Positions 48,701 through 62,213 are shown, counted from the whole stretch's first letter. The stretch: 63,632 nt of DNA, filler included, from Perkinsus chesapeaki ATCC PRA-425 (GCA_013115145.1; 7 parts of 7 records of this genome joined end to end with filler, not necessarily neighbours in it); one strand, 5' to 3'. The notes: generated by a model not told the origin, from the letters alone. Made by a program: numbers and translations.

Positions 48701-51700
48701 CGAATACGTACAAGTGTAGCTGGGAAAGTTCCGAGAAAACTTTTGGCACTTCAATCAACCTCCGAGGAATCTTGAACCTCAACCCACCCTATCCCACCGA
48801 TACTGAGAGGACCCTCCCTCCCAGAACCTCCCGCAGACCTTCCAAGTAGCCCATAGCCCCTAGGTGGTACTACCTCCCCATGGTACTTTAACACCATCAA
48901 TATCAACATCAAACCTTTGAGGGTAGTATTGTTTAACAGGTGATGAAGGGCTGGTAAATAATGGGGCAAATACCTTTGGCAGTAGCTTTATACCCGAGGA
49001 TGCTGGTAGAACCTAATCAGTGAAGCACAGATAGTACTGTGAACCTTACCACATAGAATGTCTCGCTACCGATACCACTAAGGATGGTGAAAGCCAACCA
49101 ATAATCGAGCTCTCTTGAAGACTATCTCCCTTCATAGTGACTAGATACCCCATACGCATCATTAACGCAGAATGCCAATAATTTGGTAGACTTTGATCAG
49201 ATTTAGTAATTTAAGGATGCTAATAATTGGTAAATAATAGATATTCGGTGAAGCCTCTCTTGAATACTAGCAGATGGCACCTATACCGTTGTAGACGGCG
49301 GCAGAGTAACCTACACTCATTAACTGCTGGAAAGGTGTAACCGGTCCACCACCATCAAAATGTATCTCCGAGCCGGCCTTATCAAAATCATCAAAGTCAT
49401 TAACCATAGTTGATACAAATGGTGCATAATGATGATGATAATACCAATGCCATGATGGAGGGCCACGATAGTAATAATAATACCTGACCCAACGATGCAG
49501 CAGTAGACGCAGGCACAACACCCTCGACAGATTTGAGTTAAAATCTTAGGAGTTTTCGCGTGGTCGGATATCTCAGTTGGACAATGCAGTTTGCCGGAAT
49601 GCCGCAGCAACGACTGCTATCGTACGTTACATTAAACCATTCTCCCCACCCACGGAGCTCCGAATACTTGAAAAGGCTATGTGCAACGTGCTAGTAGAAA
49701 TGCTGGCAAAGCCACTAAATTCCGAGCCCCAGCTTAAGGCCTCCAAGAAACGTTATAAAAGAACATAGAATGACTCCAATAGATCTATTGGAGACTACCC
49801 TCCACTTACGACCACTGTAATCCCTCCATGTAGTCCTTAACAAGCTGGTCTCTATCATCCTTAGTATCACACTCCGCCTTTACTTTATAATACTGCATCT
49901 TAGCTTCATCCGGGGATTCTGAGTTAGGCATCACGTGACCACATTATTATTACTGTATATAACCTACTAGGATATCCAAAGCCAGTCTTAACCTGGTACT
50001 CGTAGCTCATCTTCGAGTCACTGCGCCGGCCATTCCCTCCACACCGACGTCGTTCTGAAAAGATAACTCAGCCAAAGTCAGGGAGAAAATTCGCAATGTA
50101 TTTGATATGACTTATTCAACTTTATATACACCTTCCCATCCATATGATCATCACATGGGACACTTTCATCCAGCTTTATATAATACCTCCACAGTAGAAA
50201 CATTTCCATCACACTGACGACTGTACACTTTCCAGCCCGGTTGAAGTAGTGATGCCTTTCCATGCAACTTGCAAATTGCTGGGTCCCTCGTTCCCAACCC
50301 ACTTCCTATCTGCCAATGACCCTTCGAGACCTCCTCTGCCAGGAAGCTCTCCTCGCTCTTGCTGTACACTGTCAAGTACTTCCGGAAATTGTCCCAATTG
50401 ATGCTGCCACCATGTTCAACCAGCCATGGATCCTCACTATTGCCCTCACTTTTCCTGTACCTGCCAGTCCACACCAGCTTCCCTATCTCAGCCATATTCC
50501 AACATACGTTTTATAGGCCTTGAAAAGACGTTCAAGGCCGCCGTCCCCAACAGCCGTATAAGGTAGATGCGGCAGGAAGTCATTGCCGACCAACATGCAA
50601 AAAAGTACAAAATCGTCAATAACCCTCTCCAGGTCCTCCTTCCCGAACTCCAGGGAGAGATACTCCCTCAACACCTACACCATCACCACCACTGCACTCT
50701 GCCGATGGCCGAAAGATATTACGTATATATGTAAAAGTTGAAGCCTGTCCGGTCTCACTAATGAGCGAGAATCCGTCTTTTCGGGCCCAAAAATGACCTC
50801 CTCCCGAAGTAATGCAACCTAACTTAAGCATATCCTCCTCCATCAAGGTGTGCCCTAAGCCTACATAAGGCTCATGTGTGGCCAGAGTTAGCATAATAAG
50901 ATCTGCGTCCAAACCATACCTGAATACCTCTAAACAGCAGCAAGGAAGGTTGTATCGGTCCTCCTACACACAGTGACGCGTATTAGGATCATAATCCGGC
51001 TGAGACTTCATTGTCCTTATATAGTCCATTATCTTATGCTCTCCCTCCCCTGGGACCTATGACATGTCCGTAACCCTAGAAATCACATGCGAGTAGGCCG
51101 TTATATGTTATTGATACCAAGCCGATACCATTCTACAGCCCGGCTTAATAGTAGAAGCGCCGTCGATGCATAATAAGAGTCATGCCAGAAGGCCCATAGT
51201 AGGCGTTCGTTCGTGACCCTCGATCCACCCTTTATTAATACATCAGGACCGGAGACCACCACATCAATTCCTTTCCAATATTCATTACCATTTACCATCA
51301 TCTCCGTGAAAAACCTATAACCACCACCACCACCAGCGGCATCTTCATTACATCACTGTATCACCAGTCTACCTCAATTGCTGAGTAAGCCTTTCCATAA
51401 GTGCAGTACCAGGTGTGATGGAATTACTATCAAATAAAGCATCTGAGCCACAGTGGAGCCGGCGTCACAACCGGGTCGTCCTCACCCATAGGTTTAGGAG
51501 GATCACCATTCCTAATAGCCCGTTCGTTTGCCTCCACGGCATCATTGGCAGTGCGGAATCGACGCGAACCTTCAAGGGAGTGTAATGTGTATTTGATAAT
51601 GATGATGTCCTCCTTCTCCTTTTTCTTACGTTGTTGATTCATCTTAGCTCGAGGGGCTACCCCATCCACTGCCATATATACCAGACGTTTGGGTTTAATA

Positions 51701-52152
51701 CGGGCAAATAGATCACTAATATACCTATAGCAATATAAGACTCTAAGGGGGTTCTAGATCAACTTCAAGTCGAGATTCTTATCGAATTTCAGTTCTCAGG
51801 CAGCAGCTGTTGAGATACCTCTCGATTCTCCCTCTTTACACTTAATATCACCTTACTTTTTCACGTATGGCATACAATAACGCCTCAGTAGCTCTTATTA
51901 ATGACAACTAGCTTACTTGAAGACATCCATCCAGACCTCATCCTCGGGTTTGGCTATATCAGGGGTATTACCATGAGAACAATTATGTATTATACCGTTC
52001 ATATCAAGATACCTACGAGGTTGATTCGCTGACTCCATGTCATATCAAGTATCTTACAAACAATCAAATTCAGGTATTTGTTCCGGTTCAATAACTTCAT
52101 TTATTAGTGGATACCTTTCAGATAACCATCTATAGAAACGAGGAACTCCCAT
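45769..52152 (-). CDS. XRN1: 5'-3' exoribonuclease XRN1, multi-exon
   Basis: [63 protein letters not shown]; long C-terminal extension. Confidence 0.92.
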
Positions 52153-52824
52153 AATGGTGAAAACTGATGATAACACCATCCTTAATCGGTCCTCTGGGGA
52201 TCGGTCACATTTCCGTCTGTACACTTTTTTCACGTCGCGTTCTGTACATTTTCTGGCGGTATCAAGTTTGATGATTATACGGCAGAGTAACCGACCCTTC
52301 CTCTCCAATCAGGGATTAACCCATCTTGAGACTAGACGAGTCACCATTGTGCCCTTCCCTCGAACGACAATCTGATGGTGAGTGCGAGGCTGTGGCGCTC
52401 GGAAATTAATGTGAGGACCTTCAATGAAGATTCTTCACGGTGAAAGCGCAGGTAGAATAGGTAGATGACCTTTACGGTACGTATCGAGGTAGGTATGGTT
52501 AACACTGAACACTAAATATATGGGAAGGTCTTAAGCCCTAATACGGAAGTCAATATCCCATACCATCGGCAGTCCTATTTAGGAAGTCAACCATTGACTG
52601 TCAATAGGCTTAATCGATTAACCCCTATACTAAGACCGTTGCTGTTAGCTATCCCAATACGCACTCTCAACGCAATCAAGTCAACATTAAAGACTAATCG
52701 GAACGAAGGCCTTGCCGAGTAGTTGTCAAAGTGCTCATCTCGCTCGCCCATCTGATCGATTTTGTTAAGGTGAGCTATACCATGGCCTTCGTACGGTGGT
52801 CTCAGTAGTCACAGCCTCTCGAAG

Positions 52825-53425
52825 ATGTCTCTCCCTATTAACCAGGGCGACTTCCAGCATATCCAGCGTATTTGCAATACCAACGTCGACGGACGTGTCA
52901 AGGTTGCTTTCGCTTTGACCGCTATCAAGGTGATAAACTGGGAAGTGGATAATCCTCTCTTCTCTTCTATTATACTGTTCGATTCTCTTTACCTGTTTTA
53001 TATAGGTTATATTATTATTGATCTATTTAGGGTATTGGCCGTCGTTTCGCCACTCTTATCTGCAAGAAGTGCGAAATTGATACCAACAAGCGTGCCGGTG
53101 AGCTCACTCAGGAGGAGATCCAAAAGCTCGTCCAGGTAACAACTACTAGGAACCTCATTATTAATATTACCCTATATCCTTCCAGGTCATCACCAACCCT
53201 CAGCAGTTCCGTATCCCCCAGTGGTTCCTTAACAGACAGCACGACCCTGTTGATGGTACCTACTCTCAGAAGTACTCCAATCTTTTGGATGGCGCCAAGC
53301 GTGAGGATTTGGAGCGTATGAAGAAGATGCGCCTCCACAGAGGTCTCCGTCACTACTGGGGCATCAGAGTCCGCGGTCAGCACACCAAGACTTCCGGTCG
53401 TGGTGGTGTTCATGCCGACGATTAA
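52825..53425 (+). CDS. RPS18: 40S ribosomal protein S18 (uS13), two introns
   Basis: [47 protein letters not shown]. Confidence 0.97.
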
Positions 53426-53578
53426 GCAGTATGGTGGTGGTTGACATAACAATAATAACTACGATTGTTGCTGCTTTTGGTTGAGAGCTCTACTCTTCGA
53501 AGGCTATCTACTCGGCTCTTCCTCCTATTGTGTTAATAGTTATTAATATACAACCACATACCCTCAATAGTTTAATCA

Positions 53579-55424
53579 ATGTTCAGGGATCGACATCAAC
53601 ATCGACCATCATCGAAAGCTTCCAAAGCACCGCCTCCGCCGCAGCCCAGTCGCTCTTTGATGGTATGTCATTCCCCTATTTTCGACGTTTGACGTGCAGT
53701 TTAGGTCTTCGTTCTACCAATCACTTTTATTCTCATCTTTGGAGCCACTATCATCTCTCCTTACCTCGACGACAATCTTCATTTCGTATCCTTCAAGTCG
53801 GCTCCCGATCGTTTTTCTCCGGGCTCTCACAGGGTCGTCAACACCACTGTCGGTGGAAATGAAGAGTCACCGCGCCGCGAAATTGACTATATCAGTTCTA
53901 TATCACTCGAGCATGTGAAAGAGTTGGTTAGTCGTGTGAAGGCCGCCGCTAAAAGTGTGAGTATCCGAGTTGTCGACCTCCCCGATGAATTCGACCCGGA
54001 AAGGCTCGTTCGAGAGTACCCGGTCTGCTCTGAATGGCAGTGGAGTAACGAATACAAGGTGAGCGCCTTGTAGTGTCGAGCACTCACATTTGGCGGCTTG
54101 TCGCCGTCTGTCGTCAGTTCCCTAAGATTCTCAAGCAGCAGTATGTGGCCAGACCGCCGGAGGGCCCGGATTGGTGTCTGGTACCGTTCATGGCCAAGTG
54201 CTGGTTCAACATGGTTGCCAAATACAAGCTGGCCGTGATGGCCGAGGCAGCCTACAAAGTGATACGTCCACCCACCGCCAGCTTAGACGCCAAGTTAGGT
54301 TGTTGACGCCATACGCTCGGACGCGGAGCTACAGCAAACATGCCCTCCTAGGAAGCAGGCATCTCTGAGGAGACCGTCTCGGGTGTTTATGAAATCAACA
54401 GGTTTGGCTATTCGCATCGGGCGTCGGGCCAACGATCCTCGGACCTCATTGGAGCGACATAATCTCTGGAAATGAAACGGTTCTTCTCCTGGCTGAAGGT
54501 CCGGGCGAGCGGCATCGCTACCTGTCACGGGACCGCGGTCAGGCGATCAACTCGGAGGGTTTTACAAAGCACGTAAAGATATCATAATTCCAGCAACACC
54601 GAAACTTAAAGTGTCCCACCACGGAGGTCCGAGGAGACTTCTGGCTCTATTTCGGGGCTCAATTGAACTGCATCTTCGCGACAGTGAAGGGCGGGAAGTC
54701 CGTCGAACCAACATTCTAAGGCGGGCGCTCATCGATAACCTCGGCCATGTGTAGTTTACCCCACAATGCAAGAATTACCTAGAGGTCGATTCCCTCAGGG
54801 ACACGGATATCGTGGTAGGGCAATCCGCTCCCTCCTACGAGGCCGAAATGAGAGACTCGATCTTCTGTTTCATACCGCGGGGCAACACGCCCTGGACAAG
54901 GCGGATATTCGACGCCATCGTCTCCGGCTGCATTCCAGTGGTGAGAAACGCCCCTGTGGAAGACGGTCTCAGGCGGGTGGATGTAGGTGTTATCGAACGC
55001 TATAGTGTTCCCGTTTGAATCGATATTGGATTGGTCACAGTTCACCTTGAAGCTGCCGGAGAGCTACGTTCTCACCAAGCCGGAGGAAATCGTGAATCTC
55101 CTGCGGGGCATCGTGGGAAACCCACCGCTCCTCAGTCGATTGCAGAACAACCTCTACGTCGTCTCACACATGTCGAGCGATCAAAAGGGCAGCAGCCACA
55201 TCGAAGCTTTTACTCCGCTAGAGGGCGTTCTCCATCATTTGGCAAAGCATGGTGAACAGCTGAACAGTACTTTGCTGAATAATACCGCTGCAACGTTCTG
55301 GACACCACTGAGAGGGATGTGGATTGAAGAGTTAGGGAATACAGCGAATCAAGTAGGACCGAGTTATCATGCCGGTGCCATACCCCATCCTTCGCCGTCC
55401 ATGCTATGGAAACACCACGTTTGA
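53579..55424 (+). CDS. Exostosin-family (GT47) glycosyltransferase, type II membrane, multi-exon
   Basis: Inferred N-terminal TM VFVLPITFILIFGATII; SIFCFIPRGNTPWTRRIFDAIVSGCIPVV, VFPFESILDWSQF. Confidence 0.87.
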
Positions 55425-56049
55425 TAATTGCTGAATTATGTTGTGTTATTACGCTGGGCGTTCATTGCAAACCTATTATAGGCCGCCGAAGCTTCTCCAA
55501 CCCCTATGTGGACACTACCTCAAACGTGGGCATTTTGAAAGTATTACTTCCAGTCACATTCATTCAATAACGACATAATCTAGGTGACAGTCTTTTGATA
55601 TCCTCGTGAGGTGACACCACAGTGACAGACACAGTAAAGACTTTAGTCTTCCAGGAACCAATGGTGATCAATATAGTGGTGTTATCGGTATAGTCCATGT
55701 GATTGAAGTGTCATCCGTTGTGTACCTAGTGTTATCGCCAATACTGAGGCCAATAGTCGAACAAGCAATGCCACACATACATTTCGTGTAGCGTGAGCAC
55801 CGATCGTATCAGTAACTCTGTACGTCACTGAGTCTGGGCGTAGAAGAGCCTGCACCGTTCTAGTTCGTTGCATTCGCACTTTATAACAAAACATCAACCG
55901 GAAATCATCAAATACTATATGAATGATAGAGAATGATACGAAGGTAACAATCCAATATTGAACCCTCTGGTTAGTAAATCCGTTCAATCATAAACACAGA
56001 ATGATACAGTGTTGTTCTTAAAGTGTCATAATTGCCTCCTGCAGTGATT

Positions 56050-56149
56050 NNNNNNNNNNNNNNNNNNNNNNNNNNNNNNNNNNNNNNNNNNNNTTAATTA
56101 ATTAANNNNNNNNNNNNNNNNNNNNNNNNNNNNNNNNNNNNNNNNNNNN
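56050..56149. other. Artificial contig linker
   Basis: N-TTAATTAATTAA-N block. Confidence 0.95.
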
Positions 56150-56222
56150 AACATATTTCCTATCAAACTCCTTTCTATTATATCTCCTCCTCCTCCTCCG
56201 TATCACTAGTAACATATTTCCT
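56150..56222 (-). repeat. Same ~50-bp minisatellite family as 3427-3625, at a contig end
   Basis: acatatttcctatcaaactcctttctattatatctcctcc...gtatcactagtaacatatttcc is the reverse complement of the 3.5-kb unit. Confidence 0.85.
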
Positions 56223-56244
56223 TTCAAGTTTTCTGCTATATCTC

Positions 56245-57190
56245 AGTGATAGGTGGATCCTACTAGGAAAATATTCAGACTCTCGTTGGAGTCGTCTTGT
56301 TCGGGTGTGTCACATTTTCATGCACCTAGACGGATCCTTAGTCGGATACCATTGATTAGTCTCCCTCGTCTCCTCAGTATGCGATAATTTGCGATATAGG
56401 AAACGACATCTCACCATAGCTCTATCAGGTTTTTGAACCAGTCAAGTCAACCTGCTCTCAGTGGAGTGCAAGGTTTAATGTTCGGTCACATCCCGTTTGT
56501 CGAAGTAAGTGGACCTGAGGCGTGCTGTAATATAATCTTATATCTCTCCTGTGTGATAGGTCATGACCTTGTATAGTCTCTACAACGGCAGCCAACCTAG
56601 GGTTGAGGGCACTAAAGGGGAAAACGTTACGTGCAGCAGCCTCAACACTGGTAAGTAGGCTCACATGTCCATATTGCTCCCTATCCGCACAGGTATGATG
56701 GGTGCGGCAATCGATCGAGATGTTACTGCCATCTTCCACGGCCATGACCATAAGAATGACTATCGGATTGACGTGCCTGTGTCTCAAGATAGAAGTCTGA
56801 CGATTGGCTATGGCAGAAAGAGCGGCTACGGTGGCTATCTCGGCGGTGAGTCTCGGCTCGCCTCTGTCCCTTGGGAAGCATAGAGGTTGTTATTTTATAT
56901 CTACCATGCTTGTCCCATCGGTTTAGATTACATCATCTGCGGGATTGTTAATCAATTAGCATTTTGGTGACGTTGAAATGGTTACTTGTGGAACGGTTTG
57001 AGAATATCGTTAAATGATCCGTATGTTAGGAGTTGCCGACGATCCCGGCGCGCGCGTCATCAACCTTGCGCTGGACCCGGCCGACTCGACGAAGTTTAGT
57101 TGGAGCTCTTATATAAGAACTGAGAAAGGTGAAATAGTCGACCAGAAAAATGAGACATCGGTGAGCTACACTAAAGCATATAGACTCTAA
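56245..57190 (+). CDS. Calcineurin-like metallophosphoesterase (DCR2 / PAP-like), 5'-incomplete, spliced
   Basis: MFGHIP, GENVTCSSLNTG, AIFHGHDHKNDY, GYGRKSGYGGY, GARVI. Confidence 0.8.
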
Positions 57191-57457
57191 CGTATTTTTC
57201 AGAACAACGGCAATCAGCCGCAGTTAGCCTGCGGTATGTTCTAGCATATCTCCCTTCTCCTTTTTGACGACAGTAACGACTCTGTGAATTGTAATCTTAC
57301 CACCATTATGCTTAACCACTTCTTTTGCCTAGTTCACCACTTTACCTATGTAGCTTCCTATGCAGTGCTTTCTCTGTCAAAAGTCTGATATATCCTCCTC
57401 GGTTGAGTTCATCTCGCACTGTTCAATTAGAACCCCAAGCGCATGTTGATGCCGGAT

Positions 57458-57668
57458 ATTTGCCGAGGAAAAATTAGAGTTACACATTTACACTGTGCAA
57501 AAGTTAGATTTAAATTACCACACTCGGGCGCGTGGGTCTGGTGGGTGTGACTCGTAGAGTCCGTCCGAAGGGCAAGTTGTCACCAGCCGGTTTAGTGCGA
57601 TATCTACACTGCACAGGAATTTGCCAAGGAAAAATTAGTTACACATTTACACTGCGCAAAAGTTAGAT
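57458..57668 (+). repeat. Two ~50-bp direct repeats about 160 bp apart
   Basis: atttgcc(g/a)aggaaaaattag(ag)ttacacatttacactg(t/c)gcaaaagttagat at ~57458 and ~57619. Confidence 0.85.
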
Positions 57669-59372
57669 ATAGCTTAGCACAACAATTAGTCATCACGTTC
57701 GGAGATACGAGAGCAACCTGGTTGCAGGCTGTTCGCCTTTTCATTCGCTTCGTGAGGGCCCTGTCGCAGACTGCCGCAGTCTAGATGTGTCGCTTCCGTT
57801 TGCTCGACTGTGGAGGGAACCGAAGTGAGCTGATGTGGTGCCTCTATCTATTGAGCGACGTTCCTTAGATAGGGCAATGCGGCCCAGGGTCCGTCGGCTT
57901 AAGTGTCGAAGCGATAAAAAAGGCTTGATATTCGGTCGAAGTTGCCAAGATGTGAAGGGGTAACTGGCTGGAACTCCTCCTATTGAGCTCAATGTTACCC
58001 ATAGTGCCAACCAGCTTCAACGCCGCTTGGGCTATAGCTTCCAATGGCCTAACTATGACGAGCGTTTTCGTAGGGCTCTATTATACCTCGGCAACCTTAA
58101 CTGTGGGTCCTTTTGACCACTAGCGAAATTATCAGCAGAGCGTCTGGGTTCGATTGCGGAAATATACGTGGCCTCAAGGGATCGGAAGACGTTTCTGAAA
58201 AGGTTGATTTTGTTTGCGACTGCACATTCTCCAAGTGCAATCAAGGATACCCGGTGAGCAGATGAATGGCCTTCATTCGTTCACTCTAAGTTGATCGTTT
58301 TCTGATGTGAGGTAATCTCAGTGCTGCGAGTTCAATGCATTTGCCAGCTACATGATCACTTCAAGCTTTCCGGAATCGGTGTATCTGCCGGACCAGCTCA
58401 ATTGGTGAAAAAAGCGCATATTGTGAGAGGCGACTTTTGGAGGATCCTTGTGAGCTTGCTCAGGTGCGATTACTCCTACAAGTTTAACCCCCAAGGCAGA
58501 TTGATCTGGTTTCAGCCAAGCTCCCAGAACGCTCCTGCTGGAGAAGACATTTTGCCACCTCAAATTACACTGCTGCCCAAATCGTTTTTCTGTACGAAGT
58601 GTAGATAACACTGTTTTCTGAGTTGTGATTAAATACGAGACTATATAAAAACGAAGTTTTTATGTGAAACCAAAACTCTCACAAACTCACAAGTCGGATC
58701 GAGGAAGAGATCGATCAGCTGCCAGGAGCGAATGTCAGCAGCAGAGTTCGCACCTTTCTGGAAATGTATCCTTTGTAGCTGATAATCTACTGGGTGCCAC
58801 CACGACGAGAAACGCTCTCGCAACTCCTTGAGTCAAGGAGTCAGAGATTTTGACTGTCGTCGGAAGTCAGCTCGATTATTCCAGCTACCAGCTTCCCAAT
58901 ATCACCGAGGATCACTTTCGAATCGGAAGTTTTGATCCGTAATGTCTCCAACACAACAAACTCTTTCTACTGTTGTAAACTAGAATTAATGTAAAGCGAA
59001 AGCACCGCTGTTGCTCTGGATGAGAAACATCGGCGAGGAAGTGTTGCCATGAGCAGAGGCCTTGTACTCTCGATACGAGTCTCAAAGAGCGGTCGAACGG
59101 AAATAACACACACATCCATCGTTGCTTTTGAACAACAGCGGTTAGTTCAGGGAAGACAGCACACAGGTCCTTTGCTCATTCCGAGCAACAGCAGTGAGTT
59201 CAGAGACGGCAGCACACAAGGTTTAACTGTGCTTTGTTTAAGCATCAGTGGACAGTTTAGAAAAGGCAACACATAAATGGCTATAGACACGCAAAGCCTG
59301 TGAGGCATCAAGTGACGTATCCTATGGGGCAACTCGCTCCGCTAAAGATACTTGCCACATTGACAAATCGCT

Positions 59373-60505
59373 TTAAGCTACGATATCACACGAGCAAGGA
59401 ATATTGGTTCCAGAGCAGACGGCTGGAATCGACCAATACTTACAGTAGCTTCCACTATGATGAGAACAACAGAACGCATCACCGTTGTGACAGTCGAAGG
59501 GAGTTGTTGGCTCGAAAGGTGTTGTTGGCATCGTAGTAGTTGTGGTGGTGGTGGTAGTAGTAGTAGGGGTAGTAGTCGTAGTAGTTGTAGTGGTTGTAGT
59601 TGTGGTCGTAGTGGTCGTAGTGGTCGTAGTGGTTGTAGTGGTTGTAGTGGTTGTAGTGGTCGTAGTGGTCGTAGTGGTCGTAGTGGTTGTAGTGGTTGTA
59701 GTGGTTGTAGTGGTCGTAGGAGTCGTAGTGGTGGCCGGAGTAGTAGTAGTCTTGGTAGTAGCCTTAGTAGTGGTTGAAGGAGTAGCAGTAGTTGAGGTAG
59801 GGGAAGTAGCAGTTGTCAAGCCTCCACAAGAACATGGCTTGTTAGTACTAGAGCACACAGAGGGAATCTCCCAGTATTTGCAGTAACTGCCGGGGAAGTA
59901 TGAACTGCATTGCTCATCACCTAGAGTGCAATCTGTTGGACCACAAGAGGGCGTGGTGGAAGGTTGCTGTGTTGTTGTAGCAGCAGACGTAGAGGTTGTT
60001 GCTGCTGTAGTAGAAGTGCCCGTAGTGATGACTGGAGTAGTCGTTGGCGCTGAGCTGGTGGCCTTGGTAGTAGGGGTAGTACTCGGTGAGCCGGTGGTAG
60101 CAGTTGTGGTGGATGGTGAGTTTGAGGTAGTAGCGATCGGCGTTGTTGTTCCACAAGAGCAGGGCTGGTTTGAACCAGAGCATACAGCTGGAACCTCCCA
60201 GTACTTGCAATAACTGCCAGGTAGGAATGACTTGCACTGATCGTCTCCAACACTGCAATCTTCTGGTCCACAAGGTGACGTACTGGTGAAGTGCGCGTGC
60301 GTAACAACTGAATTAGTAGTAGTCGTCGTGCTCGTAATAGTGGTAGTGGAGGGAACAGTAGTCGTCGTGCTCGTACTAGTGGTAGTAGAGGGAACAGTAG
60401 TCGTCGTGCTCGTACTAGTGGTAGTAGCTTCCGTGGTAGTAGAGGGAACAGTAGTCGTCGTGCTCGTACTAGTGGTAGTAGCTTCCGTGGTAGTAGAGGG
60501 AACAG
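59373..60505 (-). CDS. Mucin-like Thr-rich protein with three 6-Cys SYCKYW modules; 5' end lost in gap
   Basis: Stop-free minus frame from the gap to 59373; modules PEDCSVGDDQC..GSYCKYWEVPAVCSGSNQPCSC, PTDCTLGDEQC..GSYCKYWEIPSVCSSTNKPCSC and FDCHNGDAFC..GSYCKYWSIPAVCSGTNIPCSC. Confidence 0.85.
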
Positions 60506-60605
60506 NNNNNNNNNNNNNNNNNNNNNNNNNNNNNNNNNNNNNNNNNNNNTTAATTAATTAANNNNNNNNNNNNNNNNNNNNNNNNNNNNNNNNNNNNNNN
60601 NNNNN
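60506..60605. other. Artificial contig linker
   Basis: N-TTAATTAATTAA-N block. Confidence 0.95.
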
Positions 60606-60685
60606 GCCGATTTAGTGAGGTAGGCAATGCTACTTAAGAGGTCTCTTCTACTGGTATGTGTTCAAAGAGATTACCTTAAACTGCA

Positions 60686-60934
60686 ATGGTCTTTCAGGGC
60701 CTTCGTGATGGAGATGCTATGGAAGTCAAGGACGGCGTTACTAAGAACGGTACATGGTCCAGAGGGCAGCAAATCGAAGATGAGAAGCCTAAAGATGACG
60801 AAGATGATGGTGTGCCTATGGTTCGGATACCGGAAGCAGTTAACAAGCTATCGGACCTGTTTCCGCCACCAACGCCGCCATCGTCCCCGAGCGAAATTGA
60901 AGAAGTCCAACAGACAGCGACGGAAGAGAGTTGA
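60686..60934 (+). CDS. Probable last exon of an unidentified gene (acidic/Pro-rich tail)
   Basis: Coding-like ORF just after the linker; no recognisable domain. Confidence 0.35.
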   Translation: MVFQGLRDGDAMEVKDGVTKNGTWSRGQQIEDEKPKDDEDDGVPMVRIPEAVNKLSDLFPPPTPPSSPSEIEEVQQTATEES

Positions 60935-62113
60935 CCAAATGCTGCATAGTTTTAGTTGTTGCTATTACTCAGTGGTACTTTTGTTTCAATATTTATGTGT
61001 TGGGTTACCATGTCAGAAACTCAAGGAGAAGAAGGATATGAACTCAAGCTTAACCACATAAAGGGCAAATATTGACCATGACAACAGCACAGCTCCATCG
61101 GAGCCTGACGGACACTATCCATCGTCAAACTGCCCATTGTCACCACTCAGCCTCCACTAAAAGCTCAATGCAAATCCGGTGGCATCGGGGATCAGAATAG
61201 AGGTTTCTAGAATGATCTGGCGTGAAAGCATGTAGGCGGTGGACGACAAGTTGAGTGGCGCAATCGGCACGCACGCGTTGTATGGTTTCTCAAAAGTGCG
61301 CAGCGACGTGCTTCTCGTTTCCGGTGCTTAACTTGGGATAACGAGTTATTCTGTATTATAGACTCTCACTGTCACTGACACACTCAGTCTGACAGCTATA
61401 CGCACTGGTTGAAAACGAATTTCAAAGATTTATATAGTTAAGTTAGTAGAGCACTCTGCGTATAATTTATAACCGAGAGATACGGAGTTCGATCGACCCA
61501 GGCAGCGCTTTTAATGCGAATTTCAACGTGGAGCATATTTTTGACATACTACTAATATTAGACCAGACATGTTACATGTCGCATGTATCATCCAAAAAAA
61601 TGTCGCTTGCCGAGAAATCGGTATGAAGATGCGTAGGCGTGTGAAACTGCCAAATAAACATAATTCCCCGTGAAATCCTCGGTGAGGATTGTCGGACAAT
61701 ATTACTCAAACCGGTGGTTAGGTTTATGCAAGTTGGTATGAATGCCACATAGTTGATATTTTGGGTTAAAACCAACAGACTGGTTACAATATGTGCCTGT
61801 CGTTGACATTAACGAGGGGGTTGAAAGAAAGGCCGTCGACATTATGCTCTCACCCGCAAACTCTGATCGGTCGTAAATTACCACGAGTCATACTGTGCAA
61901 TCCATATTGATCGACGACTCGTAATCATCGCATCGATGCGATGGACCTGACTAGGCGGAGATGCCCACCGTCAGTGTAATGATGAGGGTTTTTTTGAGAG
62001 ATATATAGAAAGTAGGTTTTATTGTTTTCTCAAACATTCAAAATGCCTACGTCCTACCTGCGGCCTGCACGCGGCAAACCGGCTGAACCGCTCGCTCTTA
62101 CGGCAGCAGATGC

Positions 62114-62213
62114 NNNNNNNNNNNNNNNNNNNNNNNNNNNNNNNNNNNNNNNNNNNNTTAATTAATTAANNNNNNNNNNNNNNNNNNNNNNNNNNNNNNN
62201 NNNNNNNNNNNNN
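62114..62213. other. Artificial contig linker
   Basis: N-TTAATTAATTAA-N block. Confidence 0.95.

Noticed and set aside
16703-62213. Six copies of TTAATTAATTAA flanked by N runs, which could look like a repeat array or recombination sites
   Set aside because: Identical 100-nt blocks with stops in all six frames are assembly linkers. They also mean gene neighbourhoods across them cannot be interpreted.
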